This document shows, in pieces, positions 1-13,943 of a DNA stretch of 64,000 bases (positions are counted from its first letter, which is position 1; the number at the start of each line of letters is the position of its first letter). The notes beneath the pieces were generated by a model that saw only the letters and a program-made list of their open reading frames with translations, did no database searches and was not told where the DNA came from. Position numbers and translations under genes: made by a program. This stretch comes from Eledone cirrhosa (Eukaryota): NCBI GenBank assembly GCA_964016885.1, contig OZ024740.1, positions 29,450,001 through 29,514,000 of the forward strand, written 5' to 3'.

Positions 1-63
<63 letters not shown>

Positions 64-64
64 G

Positions 65-96
<32 letters not shown>

Positions 97-101
97 TATA
101 A
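1..101. repeat. (TA)n microsatellite
   Basis: Direct reading. Confidence 0.98.
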
Positions 102-347
102 TGGCGAGCTGTGTGGTTGCAATTAAGTATAATGAAAATAAAAGTTACGGGCGAAAGAGGGTTATATCGTGGCTGTTTACATTTTTTCTCTCCCCCCCCC
201 TTTTTTTATCCCAATAACTTATTTTAGTTATTGTTCACCCTAGGCTGAGATATCTTGTCTCTAACGCGAAGAATTACCTATGATTCCTAGCAGAAGACTG
301 ACGATGGATATTACTCTCTTTCGCCCGTAACTTTTATTTTCATTATA
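102..347. mobile_element. Short fold-back element, probably Penelope-derived and non-autonomous
   Basis: About 32 bp inverted repeat (128-159 vs 316-347), short unpaired tail 102-127, flanked by (TA)n; lone CTGACGA at 298. Confidence 0.55.
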
Positions 348-359
348 TATATATGTATG

Positions 360-548
360 AGGGCGGTGAATTGGCAGTATTGGTTGAGGGTCGGACGCCA
401 TGCATTCCAGCATAGTTACGTTCCTTTACGATCTGAGTTCAAATCCCGCCGTGTTTGAATTTGCCTTTCATTCTTACGGGGTCGATAAAATAAAGTACCA
501 GTAATGCACTGGGTAATTGCTGGCCTTGTGCCTAAAGTAGGAACAATT
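360..548 (+). mobile_element. tRNA-derived SINE with Nin-like central domain
   Basis: A-box TGGCAGTATTGG, B-box GAGTTCAAATCC, body ggggtcgataaaataaagtaccag; multiple copies in the window. Confidence 0.85.
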
Positions 549-560
549 ATATATATATAT

Positions 561-824
561 GTATGTGTCTGTAAATTAAAGGTGGAAAACTGGGAGAGGG
601 CACTTGCCCTGGTGGTCAGGGTCACTGTGACCTTTTAATGGGCTTTCTCCACGAATGTCCCTCGGAAGTCTCCCCCCTATTGGGGAATTTTTCATTGTTA
701 TTTTCTTGTTACATCCTCTGTTTTGGTTTTTTACACGCAGAAATGACTATTTGTACCGTCCTGTATTGTCCTGTACTGTCCTTAATGTCTACTTTATGTA
801 AACCCTTGTGGTTAATAAAGAAAG
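561..824 (+). mobile_element. 3' UTR fragment of the L1/Tx1-like LINE
   Basis: Clearly homologous to 13064-13320. Confidence 0.9.
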
Positions 825-3800
825 TATTATTGTTCTTTGGGTCTCAGTCATTGATGTTAGTTAACTGGAAAGTTTGTTGAAATGAATATCAAGCTACTAC
901 CTGCATCCTCAGATATTCAGGACGTATCGGAGGGTTCTTGCTGTTCCCAGCAAGCATGCCTTTTGAAGCGTTCCAAAAAGCGTGGCGGGGCCAATTTCCT
1001 TTAACCATCCCTGGAAACTTTTTGAGATAGTACCTATTGCGCCTATGGCAATCGGGACCACTTTGACTTCATGGCAGTTCCAAATCCTTTTTACGGTATC
1101 AGGTATCGGTTAATTTTCTCCCTCTCCTTCTCTTGCACTCTCGTGTCGAATGGGCAGGCCACATCCACAATCAGGCACGATCTTTTTTCCTTGTCCAAAA
1201 CCACCAGGTCAGGTATATTGTGTTCCAGTTTCTTGTCCGTCTGTATCCTAAAATCCGACAGCCACTTTACCTGATCGTTTTCTATCACCGACTCTGGCTT
1301 ATGCTCATACCACTTCTCAGAATGTGGTACATTGTTTACTTTGCATAGGTGCCAGTGGATCACCCTGCCCATCACATCATGTCTCCAGCCCTTATAGTGA
1401 GTCTGTGCTAGGTGTTTACACTCGGATACAATGTGAGCCACAATCTCCTCTCTCTCTCCACAGATCCTGCACAGTGGGCTAGCCTCCTCCTTGTAAATAT
1501 GGTGTTTCAACCACTTCGTTTTGAGGGCCTGCTCTTGCGCAGCCATTAGCATTCCTTCTGTAGCCTTTTTAAGGTCTCCTCTTTTCAACCAGTTCCATGT
1601 CTGTGGATCTCTGAATTCAGTTTTCTCAAAGAAGGTACTATGAAGGGATTTTTCATGAAGGTTGCTCTTTCTCCTTGTTGTTATTTCCTCCTTGGACATC
1701 CCCTGGTCTATTGTCCTCGCCTTCAGTACAATTCTGAGCATTGGCTCCTTACTATCAGTCACGTATTTGTGTAGGTTGTTTTTCTCCATCTTAAGACAGT
1801 CCTCTATGCTGATAAGACCTCTTCCACCTTCAGATCTCATTAAGTAGAGTCTATCGTTATCACTCCTTTTGTGGAACATGTTGTACATAGTCAATAGCTT
1901 CCTAGTCTTCCTATCAATTTTTTTTGTTCAGCAACATTCCATCTCAGAATTCCCGCACTGTACCTAATAATAGACACAGCTCGGGAATTTACTGCACTTA
2001 TGGCATTCCTACTGTTCAGATGTGACTTTAATACGCTCCTTACTCTCCGAATGTATTCAGTTCTTATCAATTCCTTCATTTTTTTGTTCTTGATGTGATC
2101 AGCCTCCAGAACACCCAAATACTTGTATCCTTCTTCAGTGTCAATTTCCTTTATCATCTCACCTGTTGGTACCTGGATTCCGTTGCTTCTGCTCAATTTA
2201 CCCCTCATCACACGGACTCCACACTTACTAATACCAAATTGCATACATATATCATTGCTGAAAATACGGACAGTGTCAACAAGCACATCCAACTCCTTCT
2301 CACTCTTCCCGAAGAGCTTAAGATCGTCCATGAAGAGGAGGTGATTGATGGTAAGCTCTCCATTTCCCAACTTGTATCCTGCTCTCACTTTTCGCAGTAT
2401 AATAGTCAGGGGCATCAGAGCAAGGACAAACAACAGAGGGGACAAACTATCTCCCTAGAGGATACCCCTCTTGATCTTCACGCCTCTCAAGGATTCTCCA
2501 GCTGATGTTAACTCTGTTTTCCAGGACTTCAGACTTTTGCCCAACAACTGTCTGATGTTATCTGCTACCTTGTAGATCTCTAGGCTTTTGGGGATCCAAG
2601 AATGAGGCACCATGTCAAATGCCTTTTTGTAGTCTATCCATCCCATGGCAAGACCAGTGTGTCTCCACTTGCAATTCCTCATTACCATCTTATCAATAAG
2701 TAACTGGTTCTTTGTACCACGGGACTTTTTTCGGCATCCTTTCTGTTCGTCCGGTAACAAGTTGTTTGTGTGGAGGTGATGGTAGATTTCCTCAGACATA
2801 ATGCTTGTCAACAGTTTCCACATTACGGACAGACATGTGATAGGTCTAGAGTTGGTAACATCATTACCCTTGATTCGGTCTTTCATTACCAGAACCGTGG
2901 TACCTTTTGTCAACCACTCTGGTACCTCACCTGACATCAAGCAGTCATTGAACATGGTTGTCAGTTTCGGATGGAGAGATGTTATATTTTTAATCCAATA
3001 CCATCTGGGCCTGGTGATTTCCAGTTGGTTAGTTTTTTGGCCTGCCCCTTAAGAGTTTCAACTGTGATACTCAAATCAGTTTGTTGGTGTGCCTGTTCAC
3101 TAAACTCCTTTTGTACTGTCTCAATCCACACTGCCTGGTCGTTATGTTTAACATCCTGCTCCCATATTCCTCTCCAGAATGTCTTAGTTTGTTCCGCCTC
3201 AGGGATCAAGTCGTTGCCTCTTTCTTTCCCTTCAAGCTGTCCAAACAGCATCTTCTGGTTGTTGTCAAACATGCGGTTCTGTCTATACTGACTGACTCTG
3301 CTCTCGTATCGCCGCCTAATTTTTGCACTCTTTGCTACAATGCGCTGCTTCAGTTCCTCTATGATAATATTTAGCTTTTTCCTCCTAGTTTTGTACTTTA
3401 TTTCCAGTCTATTTTTAGTGTCTATGTTTTTTAGTGTCCCATTCAGTAAGGACTCAAGCTTGCCAATGTCATTTCTCATTTCCCTGATTTGACCATTCAG
3501 TCGTTTCTTCCACCAAGGTTCTGATCTTTCTTGTTTGTTGTTTCCTCTCGCTTTTATGCCAAGTAATTTCCTCACCGCATTTACTGTTGCTTTGAGGATA
3601 TTGTTGCACTGGTGAAGGCTCCTCGCCTCAAGGTATGGGATGACTTTGTTTACCTTAGCTGTTGTTTCTTCAAATCTTAGGATCATAGGTTTCCCACTAT
3701 CATTGTTCAATTCATCTACCACTAAGTTTAGGATATCAACCAAATCTTGTCCTAGCCCGTCAGCATTCATCTCCTCAATGGCCGTATCTTTGTTCCCGGT

Positions 3801-4353
3801 ATTATTTATCTCAGCATTCAGATCATTGTCTGCTTCGGATGGTTCCTCCCTTCTCTCAATCTCTTCACCTTCATTTCCCACTGGCTCGTTTGCCTGGCAT
3901 ACTCCACTCTCCATTTCCAAGCTAATCTCTCTGCTCAGTTCCTCCAGTTCCAGCTCGCTTATCCACCCATTAGTTCTTATTACCCGAGCCTGCTCGGCCA
4001 ATTTTTGTTCATCTAATTTAAATAGACCAATCTCGTTCCAGATGTTATGCATCCGTTTCCTATAGCCTTTCTCCTTGGGGTTACTCTTCAGGTAACATTG
4101 CATAACAGTTCTATTCAATTCTTTCGTCCAGTTGGTTCTGGTCCCTTTCCTTCTTATTCTTCCTCCGACACCAGCAGTATTTGGTTGACAACCAGGACCC
4201 TGCTGCTGAGCCAGGGAGCACCTGCTGGGTGAGAGTCTGTCACATGACATTCTAGTCTCCACTTCAACGTTATTCGAACTGTTTAGGTTCGACATTTAAA
4301 CACTCTTATCGAGGATTGGTGAATGTATGGTTACATAACCACTGGTAATTTCA
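825..4353 (-). mobile_element. R4/Dong-like non-LTR retrotransposon (RT + REL), degenerate
   Basis: Fragmented ORFs with RT (WIDYKKAFD, FMDD), CCHC finger (CRIC..HIVSEC), RHD and PD..D REL motifs; TAA-rich 3' end. Confidence 0.9.
909..4295 (-). pseudogene. Frameshifted RT-REL polyprotein
   Basis: ORFs 2982-4295, 2455-2955, 1891-2445 and 1091-1894 are successive parts of one protein. Confidence 0.85.
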
Positions 4354-4480
4354 TCACCCCGGTGATTTTAGTGTGGCACTATCACGCTGTAGCGAACATA
4401 AATAAACAAACAAACAAATAGGCAAAAAAAAAAAAAGAATAAGCATAAGTTTCATTGTAATGTAATGTTTGAATGTCTGG

Positions 4481-7347
4481 TTATTATTATTATTATTATT
4501 ACAGCTGCATCTATCTTGCTTTATGTTCATACGAGTTATCACCAAGTCACAACCAGTGACCTCAAGAGACAACAAGGTCCGCCATGTTCAAGAAAGAACA
4601 TACATACTCACACATGCATCTTTAGGTGTTTAGACTTGTGATGTACTTATATTGACAGAATCTTCCTTAGTATATGGGCAGTTCCCATTAGTACTATCTT
4701 TTGTATTTCTCCTATACGCGGGTTTCCTGGGATTTGCGATAAGTAATCATTAGACCCCTTAGGTATCATTCCTAGAGCGCCTACAACCACTGGTATTGTT
4801 TTAGTTCTCAATTTCCACATTTTTCCAATTTCTATCTCCAGGTCCTTATACTTGCTCAATTTTTCAAATGTTTTTATAGATACATTCTTGTCTATTGGAA
4901 CGGACATATCAATTAGCAGGCATACCCTCTTTTTAAAGTCCTTCAATATTATATCAGGTCTATTTGCATCTATTTTTCGGTCTGTTTGGATGCTAACGTT
5001 CCACAAGATTGAGATGTGATCTTTTTCAAGTATGGGAGGTGGTTGATGCTCCCACCAATTCTTTTGATGGGGCAGGTCAAAATGCTTACACATTATCCAA
5101 TGTATGTATTGTGCAGCTCTGTCATGCCTGTTTAGGTATTCGGTTGGAGCTATAGGACTGCACATTGAAATTATATGGTCAATGGTCTCTGGTTGTTTTT
5201 TACATACACAGCATAATGGGCTGCATACATTTTTTATTATGTTGGCTTGGTAATTTTTTGTTGGCAGACACTGATCTTGTGCTGATATAATCAGTCCTTC
5301 AGTCTCCGATTTCAGTCGAGAGAATGCCAACCACTGATGGGTTAAAGTTTTGTCAACATCAGGATTGTTAGCTCGTTCTGGGTATTTTCCATACAGAGGC
5401 TTTTCTTGCCATTTCTTAGCCAGTTTCTGTAGCAGTTCTTTCTTTGCAGTTACTTTTACCTGCTTTGCTTTTTCTGTGTTTTCCATTTCAGCAGTAAATG
5501 GGACTTCTGAAATGTGTAGTCCATTACTGTATCTTTGTGCATCTTTTGTAATGGAGTATGATCTTTTGATGCTTTCGTGTTTCAAAACGAGTTTGATCAT
5601 CTAATCATGTGATTCCCTTAGATATGTAGATAATCCAATTGTTGCAGTTTTCAACGCAATGTCTAACTGGATTAACCCACGTCCTCCTTCTTTCCTAGGG
5701 AGATATATTCTATCTGTATCTGCCTTAGGGTGATGCATTTTGTGCATGGTTAAGAATTTTCGAATTTTTGTATCGAGCCTACGGATCTCTGTGCTTGACC
5801 AGTTGATGACATTGTAACTGTAGGTTACTACTGGTATGGCAAGCGTATTTATGGCATCGATCCTATTCCTTGCATTCAATTCCGTTCTTAAGATTGCTCT
5901 TACTCTGCGGTAACATTCCTTCCTTATCCTTTCCCTCATTGTCGAGTGCTTGATTCCGTCTCCTTCACAAACACCTAGATATTTGTAAGTTTCCTCTTGA
6001 TCAAGTTCTCTTATCACATTCCCCCGATCAAGATTAATGTCTGAACTTTTCAGCAGTTTTCCTCTGGTGAACGTTGCTTTGGCGCATTTATCTAGTCCAA
6101 ACTCCATTTTAATGTCATCACTGAACTGCTCCACAGTGGATAATAGCCCTTGCAATTGTTCATCATTTATTGCAAATAGTTTCAGGTCATCCATGTAGAA
6201 CAAGTGATTAATGATTTTGTCATAGACTTTATATCCATGTTTTGTTTCATTGAGCATTTTACTTAATGGTATAAGTGCGATGCAGAATAAAAGCGGTGAT
6301 AAAGAGTCACCCTGAAAAATTCCACAATTAATATTAACTTCTCCAGCTTCCAGTGATTTTGTTTCACTATTCAAAAGGAGTGTCGTTTTCCATGTCTTCA
6401 TACTGAATGACAAAAACCTCCTGACAACGGGAGATATTTTGAAAATCTCTAAACATTTTTCAATCCAACTGTGTGGCAAACTATCGAATGCTTTTTTATA
6501 ATCTATCCAAGCAATTGATAGATTTTTGTGTCTATTATGACAATCTTCCAGTATCATTTTGTTAACCAAAAGCTGATACTTACAGCCATATGAACCTCGT
6601 TTACACCCTTTCTGCTCAATGGGAAATAGATCATTTGTTATCAGGTGGTCATATGTATATTCAGTTAGCACTGATGTTAACATTTTATACATTGTGGTCA
6701 AGCAAGTTATCGGTCTGTAATTTGTGGGATTGTTTGTCTCATCATTCTTCGGAAGCAGGAATGTAATGCCGTTAACTAGCCATGATGGTATCTTTTCTGG
6801 CTCCTTAACTATTTCATTGTAAAGTTGGGCTAACAGCTCATGAGACTCTGTGAAGGCATTTATCCAAAAATTTTGTATTTTGTCTTTTCCTGGGGATTTC
6901 CATTTGCTGGTTTTTCTTAGAGCCAAACGCAACTGTTCAACTGTTATATTTTCTCATATTTGTTCCTCAAGGTGAGCTGTATCTTTCATTTGTCTGTCTA
7001 TCCATGGGGCATGTATATTATGAACTTTTTCTTCGGCCCAGATCTTTTCCCAGAATTCTTGCACTTCCTCCTTGGGTGGTATTGATTTAGCAGTTATTGT
7101 TGACTTACCAATTTTTTCTGTAGAAGTTTCTTTGGTTGTTTTTGAACATATTATTGTCCTTATAGAATCTAGATCGTTTTTCAAAGCGCCTTATACGAGC
7201 AGCTTTGGCCGACACTTTTTGCTTGATTATTTCTATCAGCATGTCTATCTCACTTGTTGATTTTATACTGTACTTTCTTTTCAATTTTCTAAGTTTAGTT
7301 TGTTTAACATGTTCACCTACTTTATAGTTTGTTAAAATTTCTATGTC
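4481..7347 (-). mobile_element. Second R4/Dong-like LINE family, 5'-truncated, in (TAA)n
   Basis: RT (YMDD) and REL (CCVC..HIISMC, RHD, RPD..D, KLSKY); (TTA)n on both flanks. Confidence 0.9.
4647..6932 (-). pseudogene. RT-REL ORF with one in-frame TAG at 5601-5603
   Basis: ORFs 5601-6932 and 4647-5600 are contiguous and in frame. Confidence 0.85.
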
Positions 7348-7377
7348 ATTATTATTATTGTATTAACAAACTATACA

Positions 7378-7418
<41 letters not shown>
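7348..7418. repeat. (TTA)n microsatellite (interrupted), LINE target site
   Basis: Direct reading. Confidence 0.9.
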
Positions 7419-7419
<1 letters not shown>

Positions 7420-7628
7420 GGCGACCTACGTAGGAAATCGTATTATCGTGAGCTCCGCAAAGGTTTGTTATTTCCTTTTGTTTAAAAATTGCCATTTATG
7501 GAAAATTTTATTGTAAACTGTTTATAAGCACACATACATTGTTTTCCGAAAAGGACACCCAAAAAGATTGGGGCCTTGTGCCCAAAATTTTAACTTTTAT
7601 TATTATCCAAAAATTTCTTTGAAAAAAA

Positions 7629-9623
7629 ATGGCTAATTCCCCTCTGCACGAAGCAGCTGAAAGCCTTCCTCACAAAATAACACCTCACACCGACACCACC
7701 ATTGTAAATGTTACTACGTTTGCCAACACAAAAAAAAAATATAAGCAGTAGCAATATTTTAAATTTGTCTCAGGCAGACATTCATTTCCCGCCATTACCA
7801 ATGACTGCAGGTGTTAAACCCTCCACCACCACCACCACCGCGACAACCACCACCACCACCACCACCACCGCGACAACAGAAACAAAAGAAGAAAAAAATA
7901 AATTAACTCGTGACGTCGAAATGAAATCAAGCAAAATGGACTCTTCCCCACCAAAGACGACTGACGTCACCACCACCACCACAACTGAAAATAAAATTAA
8001 TATTAACGATAGCAACAACAACAACAATGACATTATAAAACCGACCCTCAGTTTCGCCATCGTAGCAAAACAATTCGAAGCGTTCACGGTAACTCAAGAA
8101 GATTTAGAAAATGCCAAACAAATGGTAAAGAAAGATGGGTACAGGGTCAGCCCCCCCCCCCCCCCCACCTAATAAAATGGAGCATCGGCGCCTGTGCACC
8201 GTGTCGTATAGAACAATAAATGTAAAATCGCGCCGAGTGGAACGGGCATCCGAGTCCCAAATCCAAAAAGCTTTGGGACATGTGTGGGCAAGAAAAACCC
8301 ACATCAGACGTGGGCAAAAGTATGGAACCGTGGATGTGTTCTTTGAAACACCAGAGGAGGCTAGAGAACACTCCATGGCCCCATTAAAAAGTGACGACCT
8401 CACACTCGTCCCAAGCTATTGTGGCCAGAGACTCGTAAAGATCAGGGTGACCCACGTTCCACCGGCCATCGAAATTCCCTGGCTAATAGCGGCTGTCATC
8501 GCCGGCATCGAGGCCAACACGAAAATAATAACAATAGCAAAAGAAAAGCAGGAAAACTGGTCCGGATCTGGGATGGAGCTCCTGATCCAAGCGGACCAAA
8601 AAAGCATTGAGGAGATCCCAGAGGTAATAGACCTCACTGACGGCAGCCACCTCACGGTAATTGTCGAGGGCAGAAGACCTAGGTGTGTCGTTTGTGGTGA
8701 AGGAACCCACCTAAGGGCTTTCTGCCCTCAGGCTAAAAGGTTGAGGCCACCTCTCGTACCCACCCCAGTGACACAACCATCAACACCACCAGTAGCAGAG
8801 ATGGCAGCAACAACTGTAGCAGCAACAACAGAAGCAACTATAACAGCAACAACCCCAGCAATAGTAGCAAAACCAACACCACTACCACCACCAGCAAAAC
8901 CAACACCACCACCACCCAACGCTTCAGAACTAGCACCAGCGCCTAGACCATCCACCACACCACAACCAAAACTAACGGCTGTGGAGGATTTTCCACTCCC
9001 CGGCCTATCACAACTGGAGACAGATTGTGACGACGAGGAGTGGGAAACGATATCCGGAAAAAAAAAGAAACCAAAAAAGAAAAAATTCTCTTCCTTCCCC
9101 CTCCAAAAACAAAATACAGAGGGAAACAAATAAACTAAGAAACAAAAAAGTTAGGACAGATATGTCACCATCCACACCAGCATCACCAACCCCATCAACC
9201 CAAACACCAACACCATCACCATCATTAACTCCAACACCACCATCACCTACACCACAAAAGTCACCAAAATGCGAAACAGAAACAAACCCACAACAAACGC
9301 AAACAAAACAAAACAACCAAAACGATACACACTACACAGCTTTAAATTTGAACAACAAGCAATTATTACACTACATCCAACACAACACCAGCATCACAGA
9401 AAAAGACTACACAACAACCCCAAAATTCACACCACCTCCACACATACAAATCACTCGCATCACACAGAAAACGTACATGACACTAAAACAAAAATTCCCC
9501 AAAGACATCGGAGACTTCCGACAAGCACTCTCCAGGAGGATTTATAAGGACATCCTTCCTGAGGAGGCCACAAGCAGTGAAAAGGATGGAAAAGCCGTCC
9601 TTCCCCTACGAGAAGTAAGGTAA
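7629..9623 (+). pseudogene. LINE ORF1 (CX2CX4HX4C knuckle, Pro/Thr-rich), three frameshifts at homopolymers
   Basis: ATG at 7629 (MANSPLHEAAE); knuckle CVVCGEGTHLRAFC; frame changes at the A-run ~7730, C-run 8151-8166 and A-run ~9060. Confidence 0.75.
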
Positions 9624-9657
9624 GTGGTCTTTCCCATCTTTTCCACTCCTTTTCAAC

Positions 9658-12600
9658 ATGACCTCACTCAGAATAGGCAGCATAAATGCGCGTGGCTTGG
9701 GGTCGTCATGGAAGCAGGGCCACCTGCTCAACGACCTCAGGTCACTAAACATAGATGTAGTGGCCATCAGCGAGACCAGAATCTCCTAAGCACAGGCTTT
9801 CGCACCGATCTTCGGCGGCTACGATGTGTACGCATCTCCCAGCCGTCCGGGATCGGGGGGAGGAGTTGCTGTGCTTTTTCGGAGAGGTTTGGATCTTGCC
9901 ATACGGGCCATCTTCCTGGACCCAGAAGGTAAGTTGGTGGTGCTGGACGTGACCAGCGGAGACGGGCAAGCTTTCAGGTTAGTGGCCGTCTATGCCCCGA
10001 CAGGAGCAGGGCGGCCTGATTTCTTCCGGCGTCTGGAGACCTTTCTTGGAACGTCCCGCTCTTTAGTGTTAGTGGGCGACTGGAACGGGATCTTAGATGC
10101 ACGCTGGGATTGTGTGGGATTAGTGGATAGGGAAGGAGGGTGCAAGAGTCTCACCAACCTGCTCAGACGTTTTGAACTGTCTGACAGGTACCGAATGGAT
10201 TTCCCGAATGTACCAATGTGGACTTGGACAAATCGCATAGGGTCATCCAGATCATATCTAGATAGAGTATTTTGTAGGGAAATAGATTGGTCTAGCATAG
10301 GCTGTCCACAATTCAAGATAGTCAGCTACACGGACCACAAATTCGTGATCTATGTGCTTGACTTAGATAGGCTTCATAGACGAGGACCCGGCTACTGGAA
10401 GCTAAACGCGTCCTTACCAGCGCGCAAGGCCTACAGAGACCGGATTAGCGAACTAGTTAAGCGGGCGTTGACGGGGGCCATCGTCAACAACAAGTGGTGG
10501 TTTGCTCTGAAAAGAGCAATTAGAATAGAGTCCATTAGGTTTAGTAAGACTTTAGCAATAGAGAAAAATAGAGCAGAGGGAGAATTAGTTAGAAAATTAG
10601 ATGAGGCGCTTAGCAAAGGCATCGCGACCGACGTACTTGCGGCGAAATTGGCCCTTGACCAATTCTTCAATGCAAAGCACGAAGGCTGCGTTGTCAGAGC
10701 TAGGGTGCGTGCTCTCAGACACGAGGGGACGAAAGCCGTTCAATGGGCCCGAGTGGCGGAGGCGCGTCGTGGAAACAAAGCCACCATCCGGTCTTTGGTG
10801 GACCACGACGGGCGCATGCTACTCGATCCCGGGCAAATGTGTGAAGCTTTTCAGCGACACTTCGCTCAACTGTTCGGGGGCAGTGGCGGGCCGGATCGAG
10901 GGATGGACTTTAGTGTCTACCTCGACGGACTGCCGCGGCTTTCGGCCACTGAGGCGGAGTGTTGCGAAAAGCCGATAACAACCGCTGAAGTACGGGATGC
11001 AATGACTAGTTGCACAAGGGGTAAATCGCCTGGTTTGGATGGTCTGCCCTATGAACTTTACGTACAAATGCCAAACTTGTTCGGAGGCCTCTTGGCGGAC
11101 GTCTACTGCAACTGGCAACAGAACGGGAGAATTCCCAGCTCTGTGAGCCGAGGAGCGGTGGCGCTGCTGAGAAAGGATCCGAACAAGGGGGATAACATAG
11201 ATAATTTTAGGCCCATAACTCTGCTAAACACAGAGTTCAAGATTTTGGCCAAGGTGCTAGCAAAGAGGTTGGTGCTTGTCGTTGATGGTCTGGTGGGAGA
11301 GGCGCAGACATGCGCCATTCCCGACAGATCCATCCACGACAACCTCCACCTCATGCGATACATCGTAGAGAGGGTAGCTAGGGAACCTGGTACGGGTGGG
11401 TCTTTGATCAATTTAGATCAGTCGAAAGCCTTCGATAGGGTCGACCATCGTTACCTAACGGCAGTCCTGAGGGCGGCTGGCTTTGGGCCCGTCTTCAGAG
11501 GCTGGATCGCTGCCATGCATAGCGACATCTGCTCTGTAGTGAGAGTGAACGGTCACCTTTCGGAACCGTTCAACATCATGCGCTCGGTCCGCCAAGGATG
11601 TCCCCTCTCGTCCCTATTGTACGTATTGACTCTCGAGCCATTACTGCACAAACTGGAGACGTTGAGGGGGGTCCCGCGCGAACTAGGATGCGGAAGATCC
11701 GTGTCAGCATATGCCGACGATGTCACCGTAGTGGTGTCGAACGCCAAACACATCGAGGCGATCGGCACTACACTAAGAGAATACGAAGCGGTGACAGGAG
11801 CAATGATCAACCAGGAAAAGTCAGTGGGCCTGCAGCTCGGCACCTGGAGAGGCAGGTCCATGCCGTCCAACAGCGTCGTCGGGCGCTGGACGGACGGACC
11901 GGTTAAATTGCTAGGGGTCTGGTTCGGTCCAGACCTCCAGACGGACAAAAACTGGGACGAGGTGACGAGCAGGGTGGCTTCTCTCACCCAGAAATGGGCC
12001 AAGAGAAAGCTATCCCTGAAAGGTCGAGCGGAGGTGGCGAATGCGTACATCGCATCCGTCATCTACTACCGCCTGACCGTCGTACCTTGTCCTAAGCCCC
12101 GCCTGACTGCGCTGGAGCGTTTGCTCTTTCGCTTCTTGTGGAAGGGACGCGCTCCGATGGTCAGGCGGTCCATCTGCTGTCAACACCCGCTACGTGGAGG
12201 GCTGGGCATGCCGTGGCTGATGATGCGCAGACACGCGCTCAGCCTACGACATCTCCACCTCTTCCTCGACGGTGATCAGGTGTGGTCGCCGTTTGCTAGA
12301 CACGTATTTCCCCAGCTCGTTTCCTTGACGGAGCTGCAGTCCTGGGTCAAGCGAAGACCGAGAGGGAGCGCCTGGAGACTGGAATGTCTTCAGGAACTCA
12401 CAGCCCTCGACCAATCGGGCAATGTGATCGGTGGAAACTCCACCTCGGCGTTCTATAGAGGATTAGTGGAGGGGAAGAGCGACGACGTACTTGGGGAAAC
12501 TCGAGGCGTCGACGAAAATCAACTAGCCAATCTCTTCGGAAGAACTTTCGGGCCGGGACCTATGGACAACTTCCAGAAATCTCTGGCCTGGCAGTGCTAC

Positions 12601-13077
12601 CGAGGAGCCTTGCCAGTTTTGGATAAACTCTACAGGCATGGATGTGCCGTCAGCCGGGCATGTCCGAGATGCGCGCAGGGCGACGAAACCGTCCTGCACG
12701 CACTCGTCCAGTGTCCGAAAATTGCTGACTTGTGGGTTTATGTCGAACACCTGCTGTCGCGTGTACGACGGATCCGGCTATCATCTGAGTCCATCGTGAG
12801 GATTGCCCCGCCCTATTCCTTTAGCCGGGAAGGGCAGGCAGTTTTTATCTGTCTGGTGGCCATGGCGAAAGAGATAGTATGGTGGACACGTTTGAAAGGG
12901 CTGAAGACGAGCACTTACCTCTTCGATGATGCCCTGATTGACTTTTTCAAATTTCATTTGAAAAGGAAAATCAGAGTAGAGAGGGAAGTGCTCTCTTCCC
13001 AGCATTTTGTTGAAAGATGGGTGAGAGAAGCAAGTATGGCCCGAGTGAATGGGCCTTCTCTGAGTATGTGTCTGTAA
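9658..13077 (+). CDS. LINE ORF2 (AP endonuclease + RT + CCHC finger); one in-frame TAA at 9787
   Basis: MTSLRIGSINARGL..ISET is in frame with the 9826-13077 ORF; GDWN, YLDR, TDH, QGCPLS, YADD, CPRC..HALVQC. Confidence 0.9.
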
Positions 13078-13349
13078 ATCAAAGGTGGAAAACTGGGAGA
13101 GGGCACTTGCCCTGGTGGTCAGGGTCACTGTGGTCTTTTAATGGGCTTTTCCACAAATGTCCCTCGGAAGTCTCCCCCCTATTGGGGAATTTTTCTTTGT
13201 TATTTTATTACATCTTCTGTGTTTTTTTACACGCAGAAATCCCATTTGTACCGTCCTGTATTGTCCTCTACTGTCCTTAATGTCTACTTCATGTAAACCC
13301 TTGTGGTTAATAAAGAAAACATTATTATTATTATTATTATTGTTATTGT

Positions 13350-13856
13350 TATTCCTTGAATCTCAGTCATTGATGTTGGTTAACTGGAAAGTCCGTTGGA
13401 TTGAATATCAAGCCACTACCTGCAGCCTCAGATATTCAGGACGTATCGGAGGGTTCTTGCCGTTCCAAGCAAGCATGCCTTTTGAAGCGTTCCAAAAAGC
13501 GTGAAGGGGCCGATTTTCTTTAACCATCCCTGGAAACTTTGGAGATAGTCCCCAGTGCGCCTATGACAATCGGGATCACTTTGACTTCATGGCAGTTCTA
13601 AATCCTTTTCACCTCCCACTTTAGGTCCTGGTATCGGTTAATTTTCTCCCTCTCCTTCTCTTGCACTCTCGTGTCGAACGGGCAGGCCACATCCACAATC
13701 AGGCACGATCTTTTTTCTTTGTCCACAACCACCAGGTCAGGTCTATTGTGTTCCAGTTTTTTGTCCGTCTGTATCCCAAAATCCCACAGCACCTTCACCT
13801 GACTGTTCTCCATCACCGCCTCTGGCCTATGCTCATACCATTTCTCAGAATGTGGT
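13350..13856 (-). mobile_element. 3' fragment of the R4/Dong-like LINE (same family as 825-4353)
   Basis: Homologous to 830-1328; REL C-terminus. Confidence 0.9.
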
Positions 13857-13943
13857 CTTTTAATGGGCTTTTCCACAAATGTCCCTCGGAAGTCTCCCCC
13901 CTATTGGGGAATTTTTCTTTGTTATTTTATTACATCTTCTGTG

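Larger units (their letters stand above)
7419..13320 (+). mobile_element. Full-length L1/Tx1-like LINE
   Basis: 5' UTR, ORF1 with zinc knuckle, ORF2 with APE-RT-CCHC, 3' UTR with AATAAA; flanked by (TTA)n. Confidence 0.92.

Noticed and set aside
360-450. tRNA gene
   Set aside because: The A/B boxes belong to a repeated SINE head; no full cloverleaf.
5601-9789. Programmed readthrough or selenocysteine at the single in-frame stops
   Set aside because: The stops are TAG and TAA, not TGA; point mutation is the simpler explanation.
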